64,000 nucleotides of DNA from Azolla caroliniana (lineage: Eukaryota; Plantae; Polypodiophyta). Every line of letters starts with the position of its first letter. Position 1 is the stretch's first letter. Positions 33,501-46,174 of the stretch are shown here, in pieces. Below the pieces are notes generated by a model, which saw only the letters and a program-made list of their open reading frames with translations, ran no database searches and was not told the DNA's origin. The DNA lies in the NCBI GenBank assembly GCA_043228905.1, contig JBHGNT010000014.1, positions 15,314,001 through 15,378,000 on the forward strand, written 5' to 3'. The position numbers and the translations under genes are program-made.

Positions 33501-35411
33501 GACACCCACAGCCACAAATGGTTAAGTGCCATGCAAGATGAGATGGACTCCCTACATGAGAACCATACGTACGAATTGGTGGAGTTGCCGAAAGGAAAGC
33601 GGGCACTCCAAAACAAGTGGGTGTACAAGATGAAACCGGGAGATGCCGGCAACCCCACAAGACACAAAGCCAGGATCGTGGTGAAGGGGTTCCAGCAAAA
33701 GAAGGGCGTGGACTTCAAAGAGATATTTGCCCCGGTAGTAAAGATGACCTCCATCTGGACGGTGCTAAGTATAGTGGCAAGCATGAACCTCGAGGTAGAG
33801 CAGTTGGACGTGAAGACGGCATTCCTTCATGGTGACCTCGAAGAGGAGATCTACATGCAGCAACTGGAAGGATTCGTGGAGAAAGGGAAGGAGCAACTGG
33901 TTTGCCGGTTGAAGAAGAGCTTGTACGGACTGAAGCAGGCTCCCCGACAATGGTACCAGAAGTTTGACTCCATGACCGATCAAGGGTACCACAAGATGCA
34001 GGCCGATCACTGCGTGTTTGTGAAGAAGTTCAAAGGAGGCAACTTCCTGATACTCTTTCTGTACGTGGACGACATGTTGATCATCGGATGGGACCAAGCC
34101 GAAATACGGATGCTGAAGAAGGCTCTCAACCGAACCTTCGTGATGAAAGACTTGGGTCCGGCAAGACAGATGTTGGGGATGCATATCATCCGGAACCGGA
34201 CAACGAAGCAATTGTGGCTGTCACAGGAGAAATGCGTGACAAAGGTGCTTCAGCAGTTCAACATGTCAAATGCGAAACCGGTCGGATCGACACTCCCGGC
34301 AAACTACAGATTATCCGGTAAGCAAATCTCGAAGACAAAAGCAAAGAAGGCGGATATGATGAAGGTTCCATATGCCTCTGCCGTCGGGAGCTTAATGTAC
34401 GCAATGGTGTGTACCCGACCGGATATAGGATATGCAGTCGGAGTAGTGAGCCGGTTTATGAGCAATCACGGCAAGGAGCACTGGAACGCGGTCAAATGGA
34501 TACTCCGGTACTTGAAGGGTACTTCAAATATGTGTCTCCGATTCAGCTCTGGAAAACCTCAACTTGACAGTTTTACCAATTCGGACATGTTGGCTGATGT
34601 GGATACCAGCCGGTCTACATCCGGGTATGTAATGACATATGCAGGGGGAGCTGTTTCGTGGCAGTCGAGGCTGCAGAAGATAGTTGCGTTGTCAACCACG
34701 GAAGCGGAGTACATGGCGGTTGTGGAAGCCGGCAAGGAAATATTATGGATGAAGGACTTCATCGGAGAGCTCGGTATCCGACAAGATGAATACCGGCTCT
34801 ATTGCGACAGTCAAAGTGCCATCCACCTTACTAAGAATGCAGGCTACCATTCCCGGACGAAGCATATACAACGAAGGTATCACTGGATCCGGGAAAGAGT
34901 AGATGACCAGGAGTTCGCGCTGACGAAGATCCACACAGCCGAGAACGGGTCAGATATGTTGACCCAAAGTGTTGATACCCGACAAGCTGGAAGCATGTCG
35001 GAAGCAGATCAGACTAGTAAGACACCCCATGCCTGAGTGAAGGGGGAGTTTGTTAGGAAACAGGTCCCTCCGAATGGGAAGTGAGGAGAACAGTGTCGAT
35101 GAGCAAACTCGGCTGAGGCCGAAACCGGATGTGGAGTACCCGGCATGAGCCGGATGGTGCAGACCTGATGAGAACCGGATGAGGAATACCCGGCAACGGA
35201 AAACCCGTTGAGAACCGGATGAGGAGTACCCGACTACAGAGAACCGGATGACGAGTGCCCGGCAAGCGCCGGATGGTGAAGGCCCGGTGAGAAGTGCTCA
35301 CCGGATGAAGGGACATATTCGTAAATATGTTTTTCCTGAGAAGCCATTGGGGATATATTTGTAAATAGCCAAAAAGTCATATTAGTATAAATATAACTTA
35401 GGGCAAACTGA
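30506..35411 (+). mobile_element. Tork/Tnt1-like copia element with both LTRs truncated
   Basis: 5' LTR remnant at 30506-30981, PBS TGGTATCAGAGC at 30985-30996, disrupted gag at 31012-31830, PPT at 35037-35050 and 3' LTR from 35051. Confidence 0.92.
31830..35036 (+). CDS. Copia Pol (PR-INT-RT-RH), 1068-aa ORF of a decayed element
   Basis: All copia motifs are in order. Highly similar to 12148-15330, with a frameshift at the extreme C-terminus. Confidence 0.88.
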   Translation: MAIAASEEELMLITEESELNLAGDEMTWVVDSGASFHLTPDRKCFSSYSVGDHGCVRIGNEGTCRIVGIGDVWLATPTGCKLLLKDVRHVPKVRLNLISVGRLDDEGYMGSIQNGVMKFSKGSLIVARARKVNTLYLMNARLSPEEVNMASDIAGELWHKRLCHMSEKGMKRLADDNLIPVRNVHLEKCTDCLAGKQNRTSFRTRPPMRRNAPLELVHTDVCQVDTKSHAGSQYFVTFIDDHSQKLWATPLKTKDQVLSVFKELHARVERETGRKLKAVRADNGGEYRGQFEEYCRLKGIRLEFTVPKTPELNGLAERMNRTIMERVWSMLVHAKLPKKFWVEALSTATYVINRSPSVPLDGDTPQRVWTGKEVSYRHLKVFGCLTYVHVAKDRRGKLDPKTRPCIFLGYGDDEFGYRVWDLVDKKVFQSRDIIFMEDKTLADWESEKKIMNSESTSKDRFYDEQTQPTRDQLALEEPAGYGEDTEPAEEEVEEAETGTGQDPEWDSDEEQMEEPVTEAQRWRYPLRERRAPRRFPDAEHVLLTDEGEPESFEEAKDDTHSHKWLSAMQDEMDSLHENHTYELVELPKGKRALQNKWVYKMKPGDAGNPTRHKARIVVKGFQQKKGVDFKEIFAPVVKMTSIWTVLSIVASMNLEVEQLDVKTAFLHGDLEEEIYMQQLEGFVEKGKEQLVCRLKKSLYGLKQAPRQWYQKFDSMTDQGYHKMQADHCVFVKKFKGGNFLILFLYVDDMLIIGWDQAEIRMLKKALNRTFVMKDLGPARQMLGMHIIRNRTTKQLWLSQEKCVTKVLQQFNMSNAKPVGSTLPANYRLSGKQISKTKAKKADMMKVPYASAVGSLMYAMVCTRPDIGYAVGVVSRFMSNHGKEHWNAVKWILRYLKGTSNMCLRFSSGKPQLDSFTNSDMLADVDTSRSTSGYVMTYAGGAVSWQSRLQKIVALSTTEAEYMAVVEAGKEILWMKDFIGELGIRQDEYRLYCDSQSAIHLTKNAGYHSRTKHIQRRYHWIRERVDDQEFALTKIHTAENGSDMLTQSVDTRQAGSMSEADQTSKTPHA

Positions 35412-35424
35412 AGGGCAACAAGGG

Positions 35425-35795
35425 AGAATGGAGTTGGAAGAAGACGACTTCGCACAACTTTTTGTCGAAGTGGTGAGGGAGTTTGGACGAGCAACAACAA
35501 GAAGAGACGCGGCGCAGCAAGTTGTTGAGCAAGTGGTTTGAAAGAGTTGATCATTTCAACGGGGACAGAGTCCCATTCTACTTGGAAGCCTACAACGCGG
35601 AAATGGAGGAGCAAGACGTAGACGAGGCGTTCAGGCTGGAGTTCTTCTGTCGAGTCGTCGTTGTCCGTATGTACGCGGAAGTGAAGGAGCTCCAAGAAGC
35701 TCATAGTTCATGGGAGGCCTTCGAAGAGGCGCTCCTGCAGGCATATGGAGGACGACGAAAGAGTCAGGGATGACGCGGCTTCGACCAGTGGGTGG
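35425..35795 (+). pseudogene. Phygy-like gag N-terminal fragment
   Basis: FNGDRVPFYLEAYNAEM...SWEAFEEALLQAYG, similar to the minus-strand gag start near 39800-40050. Confidence 0.6.
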
Positions 35796-38700
35796 CTTTC
35801 TTTCGGATCTGGTTAGCCTCTTCCTTTGTCCACGTTGCGTCTGGTGTCATTGTCTTCAGGAACCTACCGATCTGGAGCCACTCCCCGTCATACTCGCCTT
35901 CGTGAAATTCGTTAAGCGTTGTAGGGCTCCACTCCCTCATTATGTATGTTGTCTTGAAGAAGTCTATGCCGACTTCCTCGTCCTCTGAAACCATGTCGTC
36001 CTCGTCGTCGAAACGTGCTCTCGAAAGCATGTTGGCCATGGCATTGTCCTTCCGAAAGATGTGTCGTATCTCCGGATTTAGGGACTTCATGTACGCGATC
36101 CACCTAAGCATTGCTAGGTCTGGAGTCACACATCCGGAAATCATACCGAGAATCGGTAGGCAGTTCATCTCAATTATTACCTCCATCCCAATAAGATAAT
36201 CTTTGTTGGCCTTAACCACCGAAATGATACCCCATAGTTCGCGCTTAACTTGGGCATATCCTCGCTTTCACTCACTAAGAACCTTCGCCCCAAACCGGAT
36301 TGGGAACCGCGCGCCGCTCTCACCCTCGTGATTGATCACCCATCCGATCCCGGTCGGGCTTGTGTCAACGGTTACGTAGATGGGGATCTCCTTGCCATAA
36401 ACTGCTTTCTTGAGAGCTGGTGTTGCGGTAAGTGCCTCCTTCAGTCTCCGGACCGACTCCGTATGCTCCTTGCCCCATTCAAAATTGCGCCCCTTTTTCA
36501 GTAACCCGTAAAGTGGTTCCGCGATGTGTGCGTAGTGCGGAATCCAGATGTGGTAGAACGCGCACACACCCAAGAACCTCCGCACCTCCGTAACCGACTT
36601 GCACTCTTCCTTCATTACGGAGATGGCTTCTATCTTTGCCGGAGACGGTTTCCAGCCTTAGGGCCCGGCCCGCATAGGTGACCAACCACTAGGATCTCCA
36701 ATTAGCCAAACGTCGATTTCTCCCCAGAGAAGGTGAGCCGCGCGTCCTCCAGCCTTTGCAACACCTTCTCGCAGTCATTAATGTGGTCCGCGACGAACCT
36801 CCGGCATCCGTCCGGCCCAACCGCCTCGTCCTTATCCTCCACCAGACATCCTTTGATCGGGATGTCGTCCAGGAATGACATGGTGATGTCCAAGATGCAG
36901 TCCCTCAGCACCTTGTTCATCGCATTCACCATGTGCGCCACCGAGTTTGTCCTTCCTTGCGGCAGGGTACTCATCCGCACTAAGCCGAGAGGGCTCCGCA
37001 TCGTCGTGATATCCCTGCTCTCCATGGCTAGTTGGACCTGATCGTACCCCGAGTATAGATCACCGACTGAATAGATTGACCTTCCGACGAAGGCTTCCGC
37101 GAACTCGTCTATCGTCGGTCCAATACCTGCATTACGAATGGTCACCCTGTTGATCGGTTGCAGGTCCTGAATGAAGCGCAACATGCCGTTCTTCTTTGGC
37201 ACGGTAAACCACCGATTCGAATATGGGGCGTTCGACGGTTCGAGGATGCCCATCTCCACCTTCTGCTTCAGTAGCTCCATCAACTTCAGGATGTGAGCTC
37301 TGGGTATTGGAATCAGCTTGAGATTCCACAGCACGTGTGGTACTGTGAATATCACCATCCGCTCCACGATGTCAGGTCTACGCACCCGATCTCCTCCGAT
37401 GAGAATGCGAAGGCTCTCCTGTGCCTTCCGAGCATCCTCTGAAACCAGTCCTCCTCCGCCGGCAGTAGAAACCCACCCCCACCGACCTTGAGCTCTCGTA
37501 GCATTATGTCGGTGAATCGGTGCCCTATGCCGACCAGTTTACGTAAACTTGGGTCCGACGCAACCCCCTTTATCCACTCTCCACTGCCCTCTAGCAAGGG
37601 TGTCGCGATTGGCCTCACTGTCCGGTCCACAGTCTTGTACTTGGTATGCACGCAGGCCGTACAACCGGACCCGACCTTTTCCCCGAAGTCAGCGATGACT
37701 TCGTACATCTCCACTGAACTAATCGGAACTGCCCGGTCTTCACTAAGGCCTCCTTTGACAACCTCGCGTAATTCCCCCAAGGTGTCATTGAAAGAGACCG
37801 CCTCCACGACACTACCAATCTCTTCGCTGAGGCCGAGGACCCCGAGCGCCCTAAGTCTCTCTTCTGCCTTCTTCTTTTCCCAACCACTGATGTCGGCTAT
37901 GGTACAACCTCCGTTATCGGAGAACCAAAATTTTCTACCTATGATACACATGTGGGGTTCTTCCAGGGTGTCCGGACCATCGCGGCCCCATGCCTTGATT
38001 GCCCTCTCCAAAAATCCCCTCGGCTCTCGCCGCCGAGGGTCTCACGGTAACGCTCATGGTTTGGCCTCACCGTCAAAAATTGAACAAAGCGTTGTCCGTC
38101 CTGGCTCTTCGCGCGTGCGTACGCCGATCCGTTGTCAAGCACCTTCGTTTCCATCCGTGCCGCCGTAATGTATGGCTCGCCGAGTATCACCGGGTGCGAG
38201 GTCTCCTGCACAAAGAAGTGTTTATCTATCTCAACGTCGCCGATCTTTACGCATACATTCGGGCATGCACCATGCAGCTCCTCCGTAGCACATGTCGCCA
38301 CGTGTACCTTCCACCCATGCTTGGTGTTGATCGGCCACTTCCCCTTTTTGTAGATGTCCATGGACATTAGGTTGATCTCCAAGCCGTGGTCTATCAATGC
38401 AACCATCGGCTCCTGCACGTCCCCAACCCAGACAGGGGTCTCCATGGTGGCCCTAGCCCAATGCGGCTTTGTGTAGTAGTTGTCCGTCAACTCATCCTCT
38501 AGGGCCGTGTCTTCTAGGTGTGTCATCCGCACCTCCACGGGCTTCTTCGGCTCCGGCTCCGGCTCCGTAGAGAGCCGCTTCCACTTCACCAAGTCCACAA
38601 TGGAGTCGTGGAACTCCCTCTTGGCGATTTCGAGCACCTCCCTCAGCAACAACTTCACCTTGTTGTCGAGAATCCGCTCCTCGAGGAACTTCCGTAGGTC

Positions 38701-40461
38701 CGTTGACCTCTCAATCTCCGTGCTCATCCGGTAACTGGCCCTTTTTGTTTAATCCGGCACCCTGGTGTTGCCAGCATCTTTCTGCTTTGGTCCAAATCAG
38801 GTCTCGTACCGTTGTGAGAGATCGGCGCCTCCAACCCTTCCCGCACGCTTGTCTTCTACCAGAACCTCGTAGTTCTGGCATGCGGCTTCCACGAAGCCAG
38901 TCTTTTCTACAACCGGATCGTCCCATCCGGTGACCTCCCGGATACGTTGTTCCGCGCGGTCCGCCTCCTCCTTCTTTAGCCATACCCCGGAGAGGCCTTC
39001 TAGCACCAGCGGCTAGAATCCGGAGTCTTTCTCCTTCCGGCCCTCGTCACCCCCGACCCGGATACCTGCCGACGCGGAGTACTGGACAGCCTCTACATGT
39101 CGCGCCGCGGCTTCTTCCATCAAGCGCTTCATCCCACCGTGCCCGGTGTTCAACTCTAGGGCTTTCCATGTGTCGCGGGCATGCACCCGCCCATTCCAGA
39201 GGTACACCACGTTGGCCCGGAGTGCCTCTGCGAAATCCGCGCATTCTTTCTGGATGTGACCGACCGCGTCACACCACAGGCATCGTTGCCCCATCAGCGG
39301 CCTCCAGTCACAAGGTTGATCGTCGATATCCCTCCATGCTTGTGCGATTTGGAGGTCACGCACCATTTGCGTTAGTTCTTCCAGAGTCGCTCCTCCGGAA
39401 CAGCCTTGGACCACTCCTCTCGAGGTTGGGCCCGTCTCGAGCCAATTCCAAGAAACTTCCTTCCAAGCCGGCAACGATACCGGCTCCTCGAGCTTCCTCG
39501 CCAGGACCGACCCCGACGTCGTCGAGCCCTCATCGCTCCACTCGCGCCACTTGTCAAAGCGGGCGCAGACCCCTTTGACCACGCCCCAGCCGTTCGTGAG
39601 GACATTATTCATCTCCAATAGGAGAGCCACCTTCTCCTGATCCAACGCGTGCACTGACTTGACGAACAGCAAGACCCTGCTCGTGTCGAGCACGGTCTGA
39701 TCCAGCGCCAATAGCCTAGCGAATCGTTGTTCGAATTATTGGAGGAGCATCGACACGTTCCTCCCCTTTCCAAGGCTCTCAACCCAAGCCATGAAGTCCT
39801 ACTTCGACAGCCGAAGCGAATCGTCGTACCCGTACTTCTCGAGGAGCCGCCCCTCGAGCTCCACCCAAGCCTGACATCCGGCCAGCACCTCGAGCACCTC
39901 CGCGTGGATGCTCGGCGTCACCACTCGAGGGAATCTGGATAGTCGTCTGTCCTCCGGGATGTCCCTCATGATCATTTCGGCCTAATAGGCCTCCAAATAG
40001 CTCGTGGCATTCTTCCCCCCAAATCGTCCTATGGTGCCGACAATCGATTCTATGGCCCTATCAAGGGCACTCGCTCCCTCACGAGCACTCACTAGTCGGT
40101 CGACGGCTACTGCCATAGCTTTAGCAAGCTCGAATCCCCTCATCTTCAACTCCTTTGCCGCCTTCTTTCACGTCGGGTTCACCAAATTATGTCGTGTTGT
40201 TACACCCTCGCGTGTGAAATGAGGCGGGACCACGGGGGCCCTGAACCAAGGACATGAACCAAGGAGCGTGAGAAAGAAGAGGGAGAGCGATTCACAGAAA
40301 CACAGGGAGAGAGATGGGAACAAAAGATTCAATTACAATGTCAACAACAATTACAACCGGCAAACCGGCAACAGACCCAAAACAGAGGTCCCACGCACAC
40401 ACACGGACGACACAGAGAACGCATGGTGGACCCTCTGCTGGAAGCACACGGGCTTACACGT

Positions 40462-43400
40462 TGTCGCAAAAATACGAGGAGGACATGTGAACTTGAGGCA
40501 GGACCCCGGGGCCTCCCACCAGAGAATATCAAATTCGTGTGTTTATGTACTAAGAATTAACCGAAATAAGAAAGATTGACAAATTTCATTAACAAATAGA
40601 AAGAAAGATTAACAAAAAGTTTAGCTAAACCCTAAACCCTCATTAACAAAAAGTTTAGCTAATGGAGATTGCTAGAATAATAGATTAGAAGAAACTAAAT
40701 ATGGATTTAATAGAAATTTTTAGGGTTTTTGGCTTTGATAAGAGATTTTAGATTTTGAGAGATATGGCTTCCGTAGGGAAATTTAGGGTTTACGAGAGAT
40801 ATGGCTTCCGAACGCCGGTTATCAGATGCGCCCGATTTCCAACTCCATCTGATTTCCTGTTTCGCCGATTTCGATTTGCTTACCGACCGATTCTGGTTTG
40901 CTTTCCAGCCGATTCCAATTTGTTTACCGGCTGGTTCCGGTTTGCTTACCAGTCGGTTCCGGATTTGCTTACCGACCAGTTCTGGCTTGCTTACCAACCA
41001 GTTCCAGTTTGCTTTTCAACCGGTTCCGAATTGTTTTCCGGCCGGTTCCGGTTTGGTTTCCGACCGGTTCCAATTTGGTTTTTGGCTTACCGGCCAATTT
41101 CAAATTGATTTCTGACCAATTCCGGTTCCATCTTATTCTCAATCGGTTTTTGGGAACTTGGCCACATTCATCCATCTAGACAAAGTGGCCAAAGTGCTCT
41201 TCGCACAAATGAAAACTAAGGGATCTCAATGTGCTTATATAACCAGGGCCTTAAGTTTCCTATCTATGTGGGATAAATCATAGTTCTATTTTCCCTATCT
41301 TCTCAAACTTCATGTTCTCGTAACTTGATATGTAGTTGTCCATTTTGTATGTAGTAAAATGCGTTTTGAAGCTCTTGAGTACATCCATCTTTCTATAACA
41401 AGCCACTTATCTAATCTAAAATAATTATTTCATTTTATTTTTTTACTTAGTTTTCATATCGTGAGTGAAAAACCACACGACATTCACCCCCACCAAACCT
41501 GCACATCCACCGGTATGTGCCAATTGTAGTGAGGTTCCTCTTTTGATTATTCTACTTCATCGATGTTTCTTCTTTATACCCAAATTGTCGTTGCCATCCG
41601 ATCCACCATATTCTTCGCTCACTCTTTCCATTTCCGTGGCTGGTTGCCATGGCTCCCTTTTCTCCTATAGAGCATAATGCTTCATGCTTTGTGCATGTGC
41701 CACCTTCATCTCGACCATCTCCTTGGTCATCTAACTTTCTTTTATCATCCTTTCTTGTTCCATGCATGCCTTTCAAAGGCTTTATCGAAATACTATTATT
41801 GAGTACTCTTAGTGGTTCATTCTTCAACTGCATGCACATCTCGAGGTCCTTAAGTGAACACATTTCATGCTTCTCACTTTTTCTACTTTGGAGTTGACCA
41901 TGACTTCCTTGTTGCACGCACTAGCTTCAACCCTTGCTTCCTCGCCACCACCGTCCTTCTCTTTGGTCTTACATCGATTATTGCCCAAGTCTCTCAAACA
42001 AGTGTGGAGGGATCCATCCGTTTTCATAGTTTGTCTTTGTCGTGCTACCCTTAGCCGCTTCCACCTTATGGTTGTCCGCATTGGCTTTGGCCTTTGTTTC
42101 TTCTCCGCCACCTTCCATCTCTTGGGTCTTACATCAGTTAATGCCCAAGTCTCAAGAACGAGTGTGGGAAAAGTCTCTTCATGATCATCGTCTACCCTCT
42201 TCATCTTGACGTCTACCTCTTCTTCGCATGTGTTAGCTTCGGCCTTCACTTCCTCGCCGACACCTTCCGTCTCTTGGGTCTCACGTTTGCTTTCCGATGC
42301 ATCTGCCCAAGTCTCTGGATCAAGTGTGTAGAAAGTCTCGACATGGACATCCGCCATTGACTCGTCCATAGACACCTCTAACTCGATGTCGTTTTTCGTG
42401 GCTATCTCCTCAATCATGTCAGTCTCACACTTTTTATCTCCCTTGATCATGCAAGCTTTGCTCATGCTTGCACCTTCATCACTTGATGTTTCAGACACAA
42501 TGCGTGTTCCGAAACATTTGTCTTCGCTTGAAGTGACATTCGCCACCCTCGATTCATTTGTTTCATTCTTCATCATTGTTTCTTTGCAAGACGAGAATGC
42601 GTCTTGTTCCATATCTTCGCCCGTGATGTTGTTGTACCGAACTTGGGCCTTCGTATTGGTCATATCATGACTCCACCTTTGTTGGGAGGTCTCTTCTTCC
42701 TTGATAACCATTTTAATCAGTTTTGGTTCTATTATAAGATTCTCTTTGGCCTCGACTTGCACCTTTAAATTCTCATATGCCTCGTTTATGAAGGCCTCTA
42801 TGTCGAGTAACATCGAACCTTCTCTCTTCAAGCTCTCTTCTTTAGCTGGTAGTTTGTTGTTGCTTCCCGTCCTCCATTCACCATTCATCATGGGTTCTGT
42901 TGTTGTCGATGAGAATCTTGTCTTCCTCTTATCATGCAGTTAACATACTCTTTCTACTTTCATCCAATCCTCGATGACACCATTTGCACCATCATCATCC
43001 TCAAGTCAGATTCCAATGGCCTTCCTTTCCTTTCGATCGATTGACTTCACAAACATGAGGACTTTTTCCACCCCCACCAATCTTTGATCGCGCTCCTAGA
43101 GTTGTGCAAAGTGACACTCGAACTCAACGAAAGCATGCATGGCACTTTGGTGGGTCTTTAATGATGATACCCATTGCTCGAACTCGTATAGGTTGCATCT
43201 CTTCGGCTCTTTGTATCTATATACCTCCATGCGATATCCTCCTACCGCCTCGTTTCACGTCGGGTTCACCAAATAATTATGTCGTGAAGATCCGTCACTA
43301 AGCGTGGATCGCAAGGCGGAACCGTCGGGGTTCTGGACTGAAAGGATTCGAAGTTGGCACAAACTTTAGCGAGAAAGTATTTAAGATAATTTGAGAGAGA

Positions 43401-44299
43401 TTGATATGGCGAAAGAGAAAGATTAAAATTGAGCAATTGACTTTAGATTTAAGAAACAAGTTACACCATCAATTCGATAACGAATTTTCTTCTCTTAAAT
43501 TCATATATAAAAAAAAGGTACCCTCCCTTTCTCTTTTTCATCTCCTCTTTTATAGATGCTCTCATGCATGTGATGCATGTGATGCATGCTTGCCATTTGG
43601 TGCTCATGCGTTACATGTGATGCATGAGAATCATGCTACTCATTCAAGGTCTCATGTATGAGAATTTACATGTAAAACTATAATGATAAAAATATTATTT
43701 CAAGAAAATGTCTTGGCTTAGTGGTAAGCCTATAGACTCTCAATTTGGAGGTGCAAGGTTTAAATCCACACTTGCACTCCTTGTGTATACATATATTTAT
43801 TTATTTATTTATATATCTATCCGGTAGCCGGATGCCGGATGCCGGTCGCCGCCAGTTACTATCGGTCGCCGGATGACGCCAGTTTTTGTTGGCCAAAACT
43901 TGTAGCTAGGCCACCCTCATTCATCATATTAACATTGTTTAAGTCACCTTGAACTCTCTATGCTCCACACATAGACGCAAAGATAATAACTTTTGCTCTA
44001 CTTTATATATTGTAGGGTCCTTGTTTGCCCTGTCTATGTGGGATATCTCACAATTTTCTTTTTCTTTTCTTCCTTCTCATACTTCACTCCCACATAACTT
44101 GTCACTTAGATATCTGTTTTTTATGTGGTAAAGCACATTTGAAAGCTCTTGAAGACCTCAATCTTTTTGTACCTAGATATTAAACTTATTCAAAATATTA
44201 TCTTCACTATTATTGTTTTGTTTTTCTCGTGAGAAGAGCCACACTCGATTTCGAATGTTCCTTACAATTTTCATACTATCACTGAAAATCTTCACGACA
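40462..44299 (-). mobile_element. Non-autonomous Trp-primed gypsy derivative nested in an LTR
   Basis: LTR-like ends at 40462-41482 and 43280-44299. PBS at 43255-43271, PPT at 41483-41494, flanks ACGT/ACGC. Gag remnant VLMFVKSID near 43050 and acidic ORF 41824-42891. Confidence 0.7.
40850..41130. repeat. About 22-bp tandem repeat inside an LTR
   Basis: Reiterated ccggtttgcttaccgaccggtt-like units. Confidence 0.8.
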
Positions 44300-45099
44300 A
44301 CGCAGCAAAGGCAACCGACACAGAAACGTAGTGGAGAGCAACGGTTGAGGAGGAGAGAGCTCGATCCCCAGTCCGACAGCACTTCGTCCTCGCCAAAACA
44401 CGATATCTATCTTCTTCTTCTTCTCCCCTCCCTTTTATAGGTCATCGAGGAGACCGTTACATCAAAACACGTCAACTTTATTCTCTGTCCTTTCGGACAG
44501 AGATACGCATCGATTCCCTAGACAATTAATACCCTTCCTAATACATATGTACATCAACCGATCTATTCCTAGCTATGTATAATTCATAAACACACACACA
44601 CGAAAAGGATTGGGTCACACCTCCTCTTGATTCCTCCTAGGGGCAGTTTTCTCCACGACACCGGAATCTCTTGATGTACTTTCTGGTGGAGCCTCATGCA
44701 GTATTCATACATCTTCGATCGTACATGTTTGAGTTCACCTTGCCTTTCACTCTGGGCACTTTATAGACTGACAACCAATCTGCATCGCTAATCAATTTAT
44801 TTGTTAGAACAGCAGGGTCAATACCCTCTAGCGATAGACCATATATGTTGTTAAAGTCCTCTTTTGTCTTGCAAAAGTTTGCAAAGTTTAGCACTCTAGG
44901 ATATGGAGGAACGAGCCACCTGAAATCAAAAATCAATACATGTTACCTCTGCTCTATTGGGACATGTGTATTTAGAACCATAATTGGTAGGGAAGAATCA
45001 AAAATAAAAAATTGGCCACATTCACCCAAATTCTAAATCAAGTTTGGGGGAAGTTTGCAGACACATCCATTGAAATCAGAAATGTGAATTGGTGCAAAA

Positions 45100-45360
45100 T
45101 TCCAACACTAAATCTGAAATTTTCAACAGTAATCAGAAATCAACCGCTTAAAAATTCAGAAACCTTATTTAGAAACCCTAATCAAAAACCTTAATAAGAG
45201 ACCATAATAAAAAATCAACCACTTAAGGAAATCATAAACCATAATTAGAAACCTTAATAAGAAACCCTAATCTAAAATCAACCGCTTAAGGAAATCAGAA
45301 ACCCTAATCTGAAATATGTATGAAATCAACCCTAATCAGAACTTTTGTCAATCAGAAACA
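45100..45360. repeat. Degenerate AGAAACCCTAAT (telo-box-like) tandem repeats
   Basis: Repeated agaaaccctaatc and aaatcaaccgcttaa units. Confidence 0.65.
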
Positions 45361-45934
45361 CACTTGCTGCTACACCCCGATCTTCGAGACATCCTTGTTT
45401 GGGACTCCAACGACTTCGCCCTAATCGTTTTTTATAAAAGATGAACAGGCAACAAAGTTACAATTATCATAAAGGAAAATAAAAAGTTTTTTTAATGTGT
45501 AACTAATACATACCTGGACGAGGATCGAACTGGTGGTGTGTTGTAGCTCTGAAGATGCAATGTCGATATCAGAGTTTTTGTGTTGTTGCAGGAGCTTCAT
45601 TTGCGTTCATGCTCAGAGTACTCCATTTGTTTGGATTTCGAACTTAAACTCAGGATTAACAAGAATTTGGTGATATTCATGTCGAGTTTAGATGAGGGCA
45701 TTGTTCCCCAAGTTCCACTACGTCAAAAACCAAAGTTCAAATTTTTGAGTATTCTCATAAATTAAATGACATGTATTTAACTAATAAAGCATAAAATTTC
45801 GTAAATGATCCTTATGATTTGCCCACAAAAAACTAGCTAAACAAATAGCTAAATAGCTATGGTCATTTTACCACCTAATTAGCTATGATAGTGTTTCCAC
45901 TCGCATGCTTTTACCCAACACACATATACGATTA

Positions 45935-46174
45935 TTGCCCTAGTTATATTTATATTTATATAACTTTAGGGCTATTTACAAATATGACCTCAACAATCAC
46001 ATCAGAAAATATTTACTAATATGTCCAGCTGGATACCTTTTGGATCCATCCGATCCGGTTTCCGGATACCGGATACCGGATACCGGATACCTTCGGATCC
46101 ACCCGGTCCAGTTCCTTCCTTCGACTTGTCCGGTTCTCATCTGGATCCCATCCGGAGGGATCAGTTTCCCAACA
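45935..46174 (-). repeat. Partial Tork-family LTR
   Basis: gggctatttacaaata...catccggaggga..cccaaca, matching the ends of 11514-12137. Confidence 0.75.

Larger units (their letters stand above)
35796..44660 (-). mobile_element. Phygy-like gypsy element, 3'-truncated, with its 5' LTR split by a nested element
   Basis: tRNA-Trp PBS TGGTGAACCCGACGTGA at 40168-40184. LTR at 40190-40461 plus 44300-44660, matching 17740-18357. Gag (CLWCDAVGHIQKEC), protease (LIDHGLEINLM), RT and RNase H fragments. Confidence 0.88.

Noticed and set aside
45100-45360. Interstitial telomere
   Set aside because: These are isolated AAACCCTA motifs in a degenerate longer unit, not a (TTTAGGG)n tract.
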